Position numbers and translations under genes: made by a program
Shown here: piece after piece, positions 20,601-29,839 of the stretch
Layout: every line of letters begins with the position of its first letter
Position numbering within the stretch: position 1 is the stretch's first letter
Source: a virus
Virus record (IMG/VR): IMGVR_UViG_3300032087_005453
Coordinates: 43,437-107,436 of that record
Length of the DNA stretch: 64,000 nt
Reading direction: 5' to 3' (one strand)
The notes under the pieces: generated by a model
The model's database searches: none
What the model was told of the DNA's origin: nothing
Seen by the model: the letters and a program-made list of their open reading frames with translations, nothing else

Positions 20601-21451
20601 GATGATCCACCAACTCTATATTGCGGACCCAACCTATCCTTTACTTGATTATAAAAACCAAGAGCGTCAAAGTGATAATAATAAGGTATAGCTTCATCAT
20701 CTCTATTGATATTGTAATTATGTCTACCAAAAAGAAGATTACCACCCTGAGTTTGTTGTCTTTGACTATCGCTAATAACTGGCAGGTGATTTATACCTAC
20801 ATGCAAAGCATACATTAATTTAATTAAAGGTATTCCATCTTCACTTCTGCCGGAAAAACCATAATCCCCGTACAATACTGGATCACCAAAGATATTATAT
20901 TGAAAAGGAACTCTATATAGAGGATCTTCATTTTCCAATAATCCAAAAGTATTGATAAGGTTTGAAACATTCCACCAACCACTTGCACTTGGTGTATTAT
21001 CAGTAAGGATATTAGAATTTCTACTGCCAAATTCATAAATACCAGTTCCGCTAAAATCTGACAATCCTTCAATGGAGCCTCCAAAACCTAAAAATCCATC
21101 TAATATAACTTGCGTTGCAGAAAGAATAGTCAAAGGACTTGTGAGCTGTACAGAATATGTTTTAGAGGTGCTTGATGACCTACTAAAGGAATCAACCAAT
21201 CCAATGTACTGAAACAGAACATTATCGCTGGTATCCTTTAGTTCAAACAAATGGGGTGATCCAAGAACTGGTATAACCAGCCTGTCACCATCAGCTTCAT
21301 CTTCTATGATTTTAAAACTGAGGCTACCAGCTTGTGATGACCAATCAGCAGATACACTAAAATCTATAACGGTACAACCAAAAGCCTTAATAACGGCCAA
21401 ATCTGGTTGTGCTCCGTCTGTAGAAGTTCCAAAAGGTTGTATGTCAGACAT
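17675..21451 (-). CDS. Putative tail hub / baseplate protein
   Basis: 1258 aa, second gene after the tape measure; beta-rich N-terminus typical of hub proteins. Confidence 0.55.
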   Translation of the reverse strand: MSDIQPFGTSTDGAQPDLAVIKAFGCTVIDFSVSADWSSQAGSLSFKIIEDEADGDRLVIPVLGSPHLFELKDTSDNVLFQYIGLVDSFSRSSSTSKTYSVQLTSPLTILSATQVILDGFLGFGGSIEGLSDFSGTGIYEFGSRNSNILTDNTPSASGWWNVSNLINTFGLLENEDPLYRVPFQYNIFGDPVLYGDYGFSGRSEDGIPLIKLMYALHVGINHLPVISDSQRQQTQGGNLLFGRHNYNINRDDEAIPYYYHFDALGFYNQVKDRLGPQYRVGGSSKSLNEIIADICGEANLEYYCYIDLYTDTSIGDPTLQEDDPNWTQPAICNWTGLNTNKFSTTGGKYGGTIRIQTVDKNSFINQYKPFSNIAYSLIGLEVPDLKDVYWTGVDDTGIHPGKRPISNSDYGLATPELSGIYSDPLDSKGLDFANEGFTDVGTQSIANGGKFPVATEYWDSDKLDDLKIASSDISIKLNDLTIMKVITGGKQSRLVTVPKKHLKCYWGDIILPNAIDPTTIDTETDPLGIQQTSLRKVPVVTTQLDPSDMDDFIFIDMKDIVGDINVQGVFHRGVYAASMYEIRIAIGSTNANAFDKWLEFMKAYKYAKLDLLREYYYPDCYEVFDTKLNTSPGAEVEQTSELQNKRKRAAGKYNSAGGSAFGECISQLGYFTHSQQQIGPYDQIPSKNADGSPVSEPGEDGSETLLSCGVAESNMVRDLLPKIHEKIKAIGDTHYGKSWYLPVPYFKTKEDLDGNNLVGNFERSWELVDSAYVEPSSYYPRKIPQSNQFINGGTVSPFVNYDFNFVFDTGNANSGTYDEAYIQQLNSLIDNKTKEVFNFSEYSLDQLCTTQYSGVSIIHAAPQSIGNEYSFLPYAYDYYYDRTLLPFYYYESGIPTYYAANSGQAYKSEQLGPITVGQYENQITWESGTAGFPIFEWDASGVPKLPTQNISPGFEERPTQVETSGIPRGIGVYNYSESFLDGFGSPKPGLKNPLLLPIHTATGHLETTISGLYSLDYEDNGRFQFAYVKCSTGKVFLPPVKDTGIIGKEDLKGILSSSHMTTSKGPVSGPGSGLTQQPRINENKISTNLYPTPIAITPKSISYAQISNRHVYGPWITAVDAVAFRGKIEYEQDDSLVPENFLIPTNFGQFGDFTLSQTSGLEGLNLAAQGRANAIDDFTLFAVEEGSIKIPGAPAIKRIGDSLYGLPQVTDISVNVSNSNIDTSYSFKTISPRFNKNNRDIEKTLSKISNKIKKIKFR

Positions 21452-23136
21452 TAATCAGCCCTCTCATAGGTCCATTCAACATTGTAAGAATAAGATCTTG
21501 ATCTTGCATCCCAATCCTCAGTTGGTGCTGAGTGGAAACATTTCCCATTTACTACACTAAAGTTAGGATCATTAACTGGATTTGCAGCTTGGTAAATCAA
21601 GTTGAATTCACCGCTATTTGTTATACTTGGTTTTTGAGTTATAAACAAACTTTGTATTGTAGATTCTGCTAGTCCAGAACTTAACGTTCCGCTAGTATTA
21701 ACATCGGTTCCAATAGTTGTATTCCACGTAGGAGTCTGAGTACCCATAGTCACATTGATAGAAAGGCTTCTTTTGTACTCACTTCGAGAATTTAAGTACT
21801 GAAGAATTGGTTGACTTCTACCAATAACTGGAGTAACAGAAAATATTTCACCCGGATATGTATCGTTTATTGTGATTGTTTCCGAAACACTACCCGGAAT
21901 AATGTTTGGTGGACGATCATCAAAAGTAAAGCTGTAGTTGATAGATCCACCAGCAAAATCTCTTGCTACAGATTGAGATAATGGTTTTGGGTGTAACCAT
22001 CCACCAGAAGCAAGAACTGCTTGGGCATAATAATATGCGTCTGGCGGAACCCCTGTTGAAATAGATTCCCAATACGTCTCAGCATTATTAAAAGCATTTC
22101 CGCTAGAAGCAAAACCATCAATAGTGTTTAACCCATTGATAGTGCCATTGACTGTTATACTGTTGATTTCTGCTTCTGCTAAACTTTTATCAACATTTAT
22201 TGTTTCGATAACTGGACTAACACCGCTATAAGCAATGTATACTTCTGTTAAACCATAAGAACCAGCTTCTGCATCAACATTTTCATTGTATACGGTATTT
22301 GCTATATTGTATCCATCACCAAGTAAATTAGAAAATGTAGTTCTGATGTCAGGTAATTGACCAGACCCCAAACCAAGATATTCATAAATGTATCCGCTGG
22401 CTTGTTGCCAAGGAGCAAGGCCACTAACATAATCTCCGTTTTCATCATAAACTGGAGACCCAACAGCATTGATGGATCTGTTGATGGTATAAACTTTATT
22501 GTTTTTGGTGAAGTTATAATTATTGTCAAAAGTTAATGTTTGCTGTCCTTCTTCAGAAACATCAAAGGTCTCAGACAAACTGGTTATATTGTATGTACTT
22601 TGAGTTTCATTTTGATAGGCACTAAACTCTCCAGAATTAGCACTTGACAAAAATGTAGCATTTCTTAAATTGACGGTATAACTATTAGGTGATGCCCAAT
22701 TACCGTCAGCATCGAAAGAAACATCGTCAACAAAAGCCATAAAGGAAAGGCCAGATCCTTCAAGACCAGTATCCCACCCTTGAATACTCACTTTTATTGG
22801 TTGTGCTACTCCGTTTACTACAGGGTTGGTAAACAAAGATCGAATCTTCTCTTGTTTCTTTATCGTAGCATCTAATCGGTCATTATTGCCAACTGCTGTA
22901 ATTTCAGCAGATTCAACTTCTGGTGTTGTTGTCCAAGTTTCAGTGCTTAGATCTACAGTACCACCACTATAATATGGATTACCGTGCGTTTGAATTAATG
23001 TTCCTTGCAACGAAGCGGTAAAATCGGCACCAAATCCGGGCCTACCAATATTATTATAGTTCTGCTTATTAAATGACACCAGCGGGGCCGGAACCAGATA
23101 ATAATCTACTGAGTCTTTTGTTATTATAATTGGCAT
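21451..23136 (-). CDS. Putative distal tail protein
   Basis: Directly follows the tape measure; T/S/N-rich beta composition. Confidence 0.5.
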   Translation of the reverse strand: MPIIITKDSVDYYLVPAPLVSFNKQNYNNIGRPGFGADFTASLQGTLIQTHGNPYYSGGTVDLSTETWTTTPEVESAEITAVGNNDRLDATIKKQEKIRSLFTNPVVNGVAQPIKVSIQGWDTGLEGSGLSFMAFVDDVSFDADGNWASPNSYTVNLRNATFLSSANSGEFSAYQNETQSTYNITSLSETFDVSEEGQQTLTFDNNYNFTKNNKVYTINRSINAVGSPVYDENGDYVSGLAPWQQASGYIYEYLGLGSGQLPDIRTTFSNLLGDGYNIANTVYNENVDAEAGSYGLTEVYIAYSGVSPVIETINVDKSLAEAEINSITVNGTINGLNTIDGFASSGNAFNNAETYWESISTGVPPDAYYYAQAVLASGGWLHPKPLSQSVARDFAGGSINYSFTFDDRPPNIIPGSVSETITINDTYPGEIFSVTPVIGRSQPILQYLNSRSEYKRSLSINVTMGTQTPTWNTTIGTDVNTSGTLSSGLAESTIQSLFITQKPSITNSGEFNLIYQAANPVNDPNFSVVNGKCFHSAPTEDWDARSRSYSYNVEWTYERAD

Positions 23137-23145
23137 AATAAAACC

Positions 23146-26100
23146 TTATGGTGTTGGTTGAGGAGGAAGATTACCAGCCGCATTATCAAAAGCGTTGGCT
23201 TGATCGTCTGGTGTATTACTGTCTCTAAAGGCCCTAGCTAATTCTGTAAATCTTTGTGATATTGTTGTGTAAACTTGTGATACAACGGCGTTTAATACTG
23301 TTCCATTGAGGTTGACATTAACTTGTGTTGTTCCTGTGATTTCAACTTTCTGTGGAGGTCCAGGAACCGGAACTTGTACTCCTGCCGCTCCCGCTCCAGC
23401 AGCAGGTATACCAGTAGGTGCTCCACCTCGTACTGGTGCTGGCCCCGCCCCAGCGGGTACGCCACCAGCGGGTACGCCACCAGCGGGTACGCCACCAGCG
23501 GGTACGCCACCAGCCGGTACGCCACCAGCCGGTACGCCACCAGCGGGTACACCACCGGGGAGTCCTGCTGCTGCTGGCTTTTGTAGGCCCGACTTTAGGG
23601 TTTCAACTTCACCCTCAAGTTTATTTCTAAGTTCAAGAAGTTTGCGAACCGCTTTTCCTTGTTTTTCAAGACGATCAGCTTCCTCGTTTTTACCCCTTTT
23701 CTTAAGATCTATAACCTGCAATTTTCTCACTGCCTCGTCACCACGAATCGTTGCCCGTTCGTCGCCGGGCCTTGCAAACACCCTCGTGTCTCTTATTTTA
23801 TCTTGGACTCGATCCAACTCGGCCCTTTTTTGAGCCAACTGTATTTCTTGAGACTCACGTTTCTTTTTGTCTTCTTCTGATAAAGCAAAAGCATCAACGG
23901 CGGCGGCAAAAGTATTCGCAGCAGCTTGTTGTGTTTTAATAGCATTTAGAGTAGCCGCCTCCTGTCTATCGAAACTAGCTTCAGCCTTTTTGCGTTCTGC
24001 TTCAAATGCTTCACCGAGTCTTTGCTCTACGGGTTTGCCTTGTTGCTCAATAGCCTTGACAAAGGACTCTCTTTCATCAGCACCAATCAAACCTTTTCTA
24101 ATTGCTTCGTCCGCAGCAAATTCTCCTTTTACTCTAGCCGCAGTTTTCCCGCCTAGTGTATCAAGAGCTAAATTTTGAGGTAATCTATCCAAGAACGACT
24201 TAACGGCACCTCTATCTTCAGAGGCAATATTTTGTATGCCGCCCTGTTGAATAGCCTGTGCTGTAAGTGCGGCAGATCTGCCAAGATCACGTCTTTGCTC
24301 ATCGGTTCCAAATGCAAACTCTTCAACCAATCCACCTTTGAAATCTTCCAACGCGGCTATTGATTCCATTCGTGCCTTGATTTCTTGTCTAGCTGCTTCT
24401 TCTTGAGCTTTTGTACTAGAAACAAGAATGTCTTGTGCTTGTGTTAGCTTTTTCGATCTATCTTGTGCTTCGGTAAGAGCTGCACTTAATCGTTTGATTT
24501 CTTCTTCATCACCACTAAATGCTGCTTGTTCAAGACCAGTCTTGATGCCTACAATAGCACTACTGGTTGCTAGTAACTCTTGATTAACCTGCTGAAGATT
24601 TGTAGGTGCTCCCTGTCCTGAACCAACCAAAGCCTGTACTCTCCTAGCATCTCTAGCCGACCGTCCAGCTTGCTGATCCGCAGTGCTGGTGCCCAAGAAA
24701 GATGCCCTTTGTTGAGCTATTTGTTCTTCAGTGTCGATAGCCTTAAGGGTGAGTTTTATTCTTTGTTCTTCAATCTTGAGTCGTTGCTGTTGTAGCTTCT
24801 GTGCCTGTTTAAGATCCTTCTCTAAGTCTTCACTTATAAATTCACCAAATATATCCAAGGCGTTAATAGCTTCACCCGCTGACAACCTAAGTAGTTGAAA
24901 TTCAGAATTAGTAGCATCGAAATTTTTCTTTTGTACCCTCACGGTATTAGCCAGGCTTGATGTGTCGTTTCTAAGATCTTCCAAAGCCGCTTTAGCACCC
25001 CTAGATTTTAAAGTGGACTCAAGAGCTTTAAATGCTCTGTTTAGGTTTTTTGACGACCGTAACACTTCCTCGCGACTACCCCCTCCTATAGATTTAGCTT
25101 GTGCTTCAAATTGACTTATAAAAGCACTGAAGTTACGAAGATTTTCTGTCTCTAAATCCTTTTTCTCAAAAGACGCTCTTGCTCGTCTGCCTGAAAACCT
25201 TGGATCAATGCCGCTTCTTTCTAATGCTGCTTTTTCTTTTCTTATTTCGAGATCGAGCTTGGCGGCTTCTTTTTCTGCTGAAGAAGCAACAATAGATTGC
25301 TGTTCCGACGTTGATGCTCCACGGCTTCTTGCTCTTTCAAGTTGTCGAGATGTAGATTTATTTAAGTTTCGTGTCCATACTTCAAGAGCTTTATTAGCTG
25401 CTTCAATTCTTGCCTTTCTGGCTTCTTCTTTGGAGTTGGTTATTCCAAGCAAATCGGTTAGGAATTGAAACCCTTTAACAACGCCTGGTATAAAGGTAAG
25501 AAGTTTTCCAAATGCTGAACCGATGGCGGCTCCGACAGGTCCAAAAATTCCACCGATAGCAGTTCCCAAGCCGCTAAGAGCAGCCGCAGCTTGAACTTGA
25601 CTTGCCGCCTGTGCTCTCTTACTAGCTGCCTCTTCAGCCTTGGCTGATGCCTCTTGTACATCTCCAGCCTGCACGGCTTTGTCTGCAAGCTTATCCGCTG
25701 CTTGAGCGGCAGCATTTAGACTAGCTGAAAAAGCAGCCACGGCAACACTTGCAAGAGCATCGGCACCTTGTGCTATTTGTTGCCCACTAGCTTTTAGTTT
25801 ACCAAGTTTGCCACGTTTTAGTTCTTCAGTTCGTTCTTTTTCAGCTTTAATTTGTTTTTTTAAACTGTCATTATGTTCTTGTTCGGACTTTGTGGTTGCC
25901 TCTAAAAGATTAACGTATTTTCCTACGGCGGTCGCTTGAGCAACAACATCGCCTTTAAATTTAGCCTGTACCTTATTCAAGGCATCAAGTTCTTTTGAGC
26001 CTCTTCCGTATTTTTGTGTGGCAAAGCCAATTTCATTAGCTAGTTTAAGCTGTGCTTTTTTAATCTGAGCTTCATCTTCAATTCCAGCCCCGAATCTATC

Positions 26101-28644
26101 AAACTTCTTTTGACCAAGTGATGTTGCTCTGGATGCAGCAGATTCAACGCCTTTTTCTCTGGTAGCTTTTATGCGTTCGTCTGATTTTTGGACTGATACA
26201 GATAAATCCTTAAGACTTTTAGCACTCTCTTTAATTTGCTGTGCGTTTTCTTTTCTTGCTTGAATTGTCTGCTTTATACTACCAGCAGCCTCTTGTAATG
26301 TGCTGCTTACAGTTGTGGATGCAACTTGAAGAGTTAAAAAACTACTACCCAAAGATGCTGTAAATCCACCAAGTTCAGAAGCAAAACCACCAAACCCGCC
26401 TCCACCAAGAAGTGCTCCAGCTATTCCACCACCAAGTCCACCAACAAGACCACCAGCTTGGAATTTTTGTACAACCCCACCTTTAGCATATCTGTTGACC
26501 TCTTTGAGGTTTCCGTATCCAAATGCTTGGGCAGATTTTTTGTTGACAACAAATTCACCAGGAGTTAAAAGTGCAGGAACAGTATCAGTGCCTACACCAG
26601 GAATTGAGCCTCCAGCATTTCTTCTTTTTCGACCTGATGGTTTCCTACCCTTACCCCCTTGTCCCGTTGGGGTTAAACCAAGTTCCGCTAAAGACCATGT
26701 GGATGTTGTGTCTGGACCTTGCTCCATAATAGCAACACCAAAATCTTTCTTTCCAGGCCTCCGCTTTCGTCCATCCCCCGATAAAAATCTTGCAATTTTT
26801 GCTTTTATTTTGCTATCAATTGGTTTAGTTTTTTTGGCATCGGTTGTCATAGCACCTCTACCAACTAAATTAAAATAGCTATTTTTAAGACCGGTAGGAA
26901 AATCAAATGGTTTTAATGGATCATCATTGTCGGTAAATTTACCACCAGAAGCTCTTGATAAAGCCGCTTCAAATAAGACCCCAACAACTGATTCATATTG
27001 AGGTATATTTTTAATAGTTCCTCTAACTTGTTTTGAATCCTTGTTCATAGACTTTGCTAAATCATTTACTGCTTTAGCCATACCAGCGTTTAATGTATCT
27101 TCTGCAATACCGTCCCTCTGTGGTCTATCATATATAATTCTTCCGCCGTCGGCGTACTTGTTTATAGCCTGTAAATTCTCAGCACCAAATGCCTGTGCCG
27201 CACTTTTACGGATTACAAATTCACCGGGAGTAAGCATTGCTGGAACTGTGTCGCTATTTCCGCTACCCGGAACAAAACCGCCGGAGTTTAACCCAATTAA
27301 ACCTTTCGCTCCACCCGCCAGTCTACCCAAACCTCCACCACCAATAAACGATCCCAATTTTATACCAGCTAAAGTAGTAAATAATGGAATAAGAGGTGTT
27401 AATGCTTTACCAACTTCAACTAAAGCATTTGCTATACCAATAATAGCTTTTGATAAGGTTTGAAAGGCGGGAGAAGAAATAACATCGTCAATAAATGATG
27501 CAAAGTTTTTCTGAAGACTTCCAAGCTGGAAAGCTACGGTCTGTTGAGCTTTCGCCACGTCGGCAGCACTTTCTGCCGTGCCATTATTGGCAACACCAAG
27601 TGCTTCTGTAATTTTTGTGGTTTGCGTAAGAAGTGGAACCACCCTAGAAAGTTGTCTAATTCCACCAATCTGCTCAACAACTTCAGCAAATTTAGTACTT
27701 CCAACGGAAATATTTAGTTTATCAAGACCTTGACTAATATTTTGAATAGCTTGTAGAGGACCAACAAATTGACCCTCAGCGGTTTCAAGCTGAATACCAA
27801 GTTCTTTGAAGAACTCAATTGTTTTAGGACGTTGCAAACGACCAAAAATAGTACGGAAACCAGTAGCAATAGTTTCGGCACTTTCACGAGAAGTAGATCT
27901 TACTGCTGTGAATAATGCTATAAGTTCGTTGATATTACCACCGGCTGCGTTAAATGCACCACCAGTTCTTCTAATAGCCTCTACAATGTCTGAAGACTCT
28001 ACAGCAAATCTTTTAGACACAGCGTTTATTGCCTCAAGAGATTGACCAGCTTGATCTACACTTAAACTAAACGAACTTAATGTAGCAATAAACCCTTCAG
28101 TTGTTGACTGTAAACTATCAAAGGTTGCTAAAAGACTGGTGCGTGCTAATACTTCAGCAGCCTTAGCGGCTTGTTGAAACGACAAACCAGTTTGAGCTAA
28201 AGTTCTGGTTAATTGAGCAACTTTAGAAGAAGCAATATTGTATTCAACAGAAACTTTTTTGAGTAAATTAGATTGATCTAATACCTCTTTATTGCTACTA
28301 TTTGTAACTTGAGCAATTTTAGCCAATTCAGTCTGTAATTTTAAACTCTCTCTAGTAGCATTACTAATCGCACCAGTTAGTTTAAGAACTGCTGTGCTAG
28401 CAAGTGTATATGCGGCAAAGTTAACGGCTTTCAAACTTACAGCATCACCAAATTGCTTGGCTACGGATGTAGTCTTGCTTAAGGTTCCCTGTAATTTTTT
28501 TATTTCACCTTGTGCTTTAGCAATGTTTTTAGCGTCAAGATTCAGACTAACCTTATTCAAGGATTTCTGAATATCTTTATTAACTTTGCTTAAGTTGGCG
28601 GGATTTGTTTGAATGTTTAATGCTGCGGTAAAGTCGAAAGCCAT
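23146..28644 (-). CDS. Tail tape measure protein
   Basis: 1832 aa, A/G/K/Q-rich helical; TP901-like core (LAQTG...TSRESAETIATGFRTIFGRL); two DTVPAxLTPGEFV repeats. Confidence 0.92.
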   Translation of the reverse strand: MAFDFTAALNIQTNPANLSKVNKDIQKSLNKVSLNLDAKNIAKAQGEIKKLQGTLSKTTSVAKQFGDAVSLKAVNFAAYTLASTAVLKLTGAISNATRESLKLQTELAKIAQVTNSSNKEVLDQSNLLKKVSVEYNIASSKVAQLTRTLAQTGLSFQQAAKAAEVLARTSLLATFDSLQSTTEGFIATLSSFSLSVDQAGQSLEAINAVSKRFAVESSDIVEAIRRTGGAFNAAGGNINELIALFTAVRSTSRESAETIATGFRTIFGRLQRPKTIEFFKELGIQLETAEGQFVGPLQAIQNISQGLDKLNISVGSTKFAEVVEQIGGIRQLSRVVPLLTQTTKITEALGVANNGTAESAADVAKAQQTVAFQLGSLQKNFASFIDDVISSPAFQTLSKAIIGIANALVEVGKALTPLIPLFTTLAGIKLGSFIGGGGLGRLAGGAKGLIGLNSGGFVPGSGNSDTVPAMLTPGEFVIRKSAAQAFGAENLQAINKYADGGRIIYDRPQRDGIAEDTLNAGMAKAVNDLAKSMNKDSKQVRGTIKNIPQYESVVGVLFEAALSRASGGKFTDNDDPLKPFDFPTGLKNSYFNLVGRGAMTTDAKKTKPIDSKIKAKIARFLSGDGRKRRPGKKDFGVAIMEQGPDTTSTWSLAELGLTPTGQGGKGRKPSGRKRRNAGGSIPGVGTDTVPALLTPGEFVVNKKSAQAFGYGNLKEVNRYAKGGVVQKFQAGGLVGGLGGGIAGALLGGGGFGGFASELGGFTASLGSSFLTLQVASTTVSSTLQEAAGSIKQTIQARKENAQQIKESAKSLKDLSVSVQKSDERIKATREKGVESAASRATSLGQKKFDRFGAGIEDEAQIKKAQLKLANEIGFATQKYGRGSKELDALNKVQAKFKGDVVAQATAVGKYVNLLEATTKSEQEHNDSLKKQIKAEKERTEELKRGKLGKLKASGQQIAQGADALASVAVAAFSASLNAAAQAADKLADKAVQAGDVQEASAKAEEAASKRAQAASQVQAAAALSGLGTAIGGIFGPVGAAIGSAFGKLLTFIPGVVKGFQFLTDLLGITNSKEEARKARIEAANKALEVWTRNLNKSTSRQLERARSRGASTSEQQSIVASSAEKEAAKLDLEIRKEKAALERSGIDPRFSGRRARASFEKKDLETENLRNFSAFISQFEAQAKSIGGGSREEVLRSSKNLNRAFKALESTLKSRGAKAALEDLRNDTSSLANTVRVQKKNFDATNSEFQLLRLSAGEAINALDIFGEFISEDLEKDLKQAQKLQQQRLKIEEQRIKLTLKAIDTEEQIAQQRASFLGTSTADQQAGRSARDARRVQALVGSGQGAPTNLQQVNQELLATSSAIVGIKTGLEQAAFSGDEEEIKRLSAALTEAQDRSKKLTQAQDILVSSTKAQEEAARQEIKARMESIAALEDFKGGLVEEFAFGTDEQRRDLGRSAALTAQAIQQGGIQNIASEDRGAVKSFLDRLPQNLALDTLGGKTAARVKGEFAADEAIRKGLIGADERESFVKAIEQQGKPVEQRLGEAFEAERKKAEASFDRQEAATLNAIKTQQAAANTFAAAVDAFALSEEDKKKRESQEIQLAQKRAELDRVQDKIRDTRVFARPGDERATIRGDEAVRKLQVIDLKKRGKNEEADRLEKQGKAVRKLLELRNKLEGEVETLKSGLQKPAAAGLPGGVPAGGVPAGGVPAGGVPAGGVPAGGVPAGGVPAGAGPAPVRGGAPTGIPAAGAGAAGVQVPVPGPPQKVEITGTTQVNVNLNGTVLNAVVSQVYTTISQRFTELARAFRDSNTPDDQANAFDNAAGNLPPQPTP
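23451..23555. repeat. 15-bp tandem repeat x7 (CAGCSGGTACGCCAC) encoding (GGVPA)7 in the tape measure C-terminus
   Basis: Seven near-identical units read directly. Confidence 0.95.
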
Positions 28645-28658
28645 TTAATCACCTATCA

Positions 28659-29507
28659 TTATGTGGCTTCAGCTACTTTCTTTTTTGCTGATGCACGGGT
28701 TTTTCTCTTAGGTTTTTCTTCCTTTTCGGTATCCTCAGCTAGATCGTCTTCAAAATCAAGTTCGTCAACTACACTATCATCCAATAATGGATTGTTGTTG
28801 ATATCTATTCTATTGCCATCAGCATCAATTCTTGAACCTTCATCGTCAAGAAGATTGCCATTGATGTCTACTCGCTGACCCTTTCTATTGATAAGCTGAC
28901 CTTTATCATTTAATAGATTAAGTCTCTTCAGAAGTTTATTTTCAACAAAAGCATCTTGGTAGTTTTCATCTAAGCCATAAGCAACATTGGCATATTCGCT
29001 AGCACATTTAACGGCTAATTCAGAATCTGCCTGATCTTTGTAATCTTGTAAAGAGGAGAAAACTGGCTTTTGTGTTAGATAGTCATAAACACACACAGAC
29101 ACAAGATAGAAAAATCTTTCATTATCGGCAAGACCTTCTGCGGTAACAGAATCCATAGAGTTTCGAACAGAAAGCAATGCCGTCAGTTCGTTTCTAATTT
29201 TCTTAAGTTCAAATGCCTTGTCTCTTAATTCTGATGCCTTTTTATAAGCTCCACTTTTAATCTTGTATTCTAGATCAGCACTTTGTTTAACAAGGTCTGT
29301 ATACTTTTCCGCCATTTCATCATCCCACAAACCTTGATCACGCATGTGTTCTTCCAAGCTTTGTTTTAGGATAGCACCGTTTTCAACGGCTTTTTTAAAT
29401 TCTTTTGTATAAACACGTTGAGCTTCAATTGTTTGATCGGCAGTCAATTCCTTGATAAGGTATTGCTTGTCTTCGTATTCGAATTTCTTTTCTTCTTTCT
29501 TGCTCAT
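28659..29507 (-). CDS. Putative tail assembly chaperone
   Basis: Acidic/charged protein immediately upstream of the tape measure. Confidence 0.5.
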   Translation of the reverse strand: MSKKEEKKFEYEDKQYLIKELTADQTIEAQRVYTKEFKKAVENGAILKQSLEEHMRDQGLWDDEMAEKYTDLVKQSADLEYKIKSGAYKKASELRDKAFELKKIRNELTALLSVRNSMDSVTAEGLADNERFFYLVSVCVYDYLTQKPVFSSLQDYKDQADSELAVKCASEYANVAYGLDENYQDAFVENKLLKRLNLLNDKGQLINRKGQRVDINGNLLDDEGSRIDADGNRIDINNNPLLDDSVVDELDFEDDLAEDTEKEEKPKRKTRASAKKKVAEAT

Positions 29508-29524
29508 TTTCTTCTCCTAGTTCC

Positions 29525-29839
29525 TTATCCGTTGAATGGTTTTAGTGGTAGACTGTAGTGATATTTGTTCCACACAATATCGTAAGTCTCGATTTCTGAA
29601 TCTATGTTTCGAATTTGGTTGTTTCCCTTGTCAAGAATCTCAGTTCTTAATTCTTCAAAAACTTCCTTCATTACTGCTTGTTCTGGTGTGGGATTGTCAG
29701 TATCGTCCCCCCACAAAGAACCAAGGTGTTTTTCTATACTGGAAAGTGCTCCGATCATTGTTGTCTGAATTCTTTTTTTAACTTCTTTCTTTAGTCTGGT
29801 TTTAGACCTTTCCTTTAATAGTTCCTCTTTGCCGTCCAT
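29525..29839 (-). CDS. Hypothetical protein (tail assembly region)
   Basis: GGAG RBS, coupled to the upstream gene. Confidence 0.6.
   Translation of the reverse strand: MDGKEELLKERSKTRLKKEVKKRIQTTMIGALSSIEKHLGSLWGDDTDNPTPEQAVMKEVFEELRTEILDKGNNQIRNIDSEIETYDIVWNKYHYSLPLKPFNG

Noticed and set aside
23292-23833. Several alternative-frame ORFs with repeated peptides (AGTPP, ATSGY, RVRHQ, VAYPL)
   Set aside because: Shadows of the stop-free 15-bp repeat inside the tape measure gene
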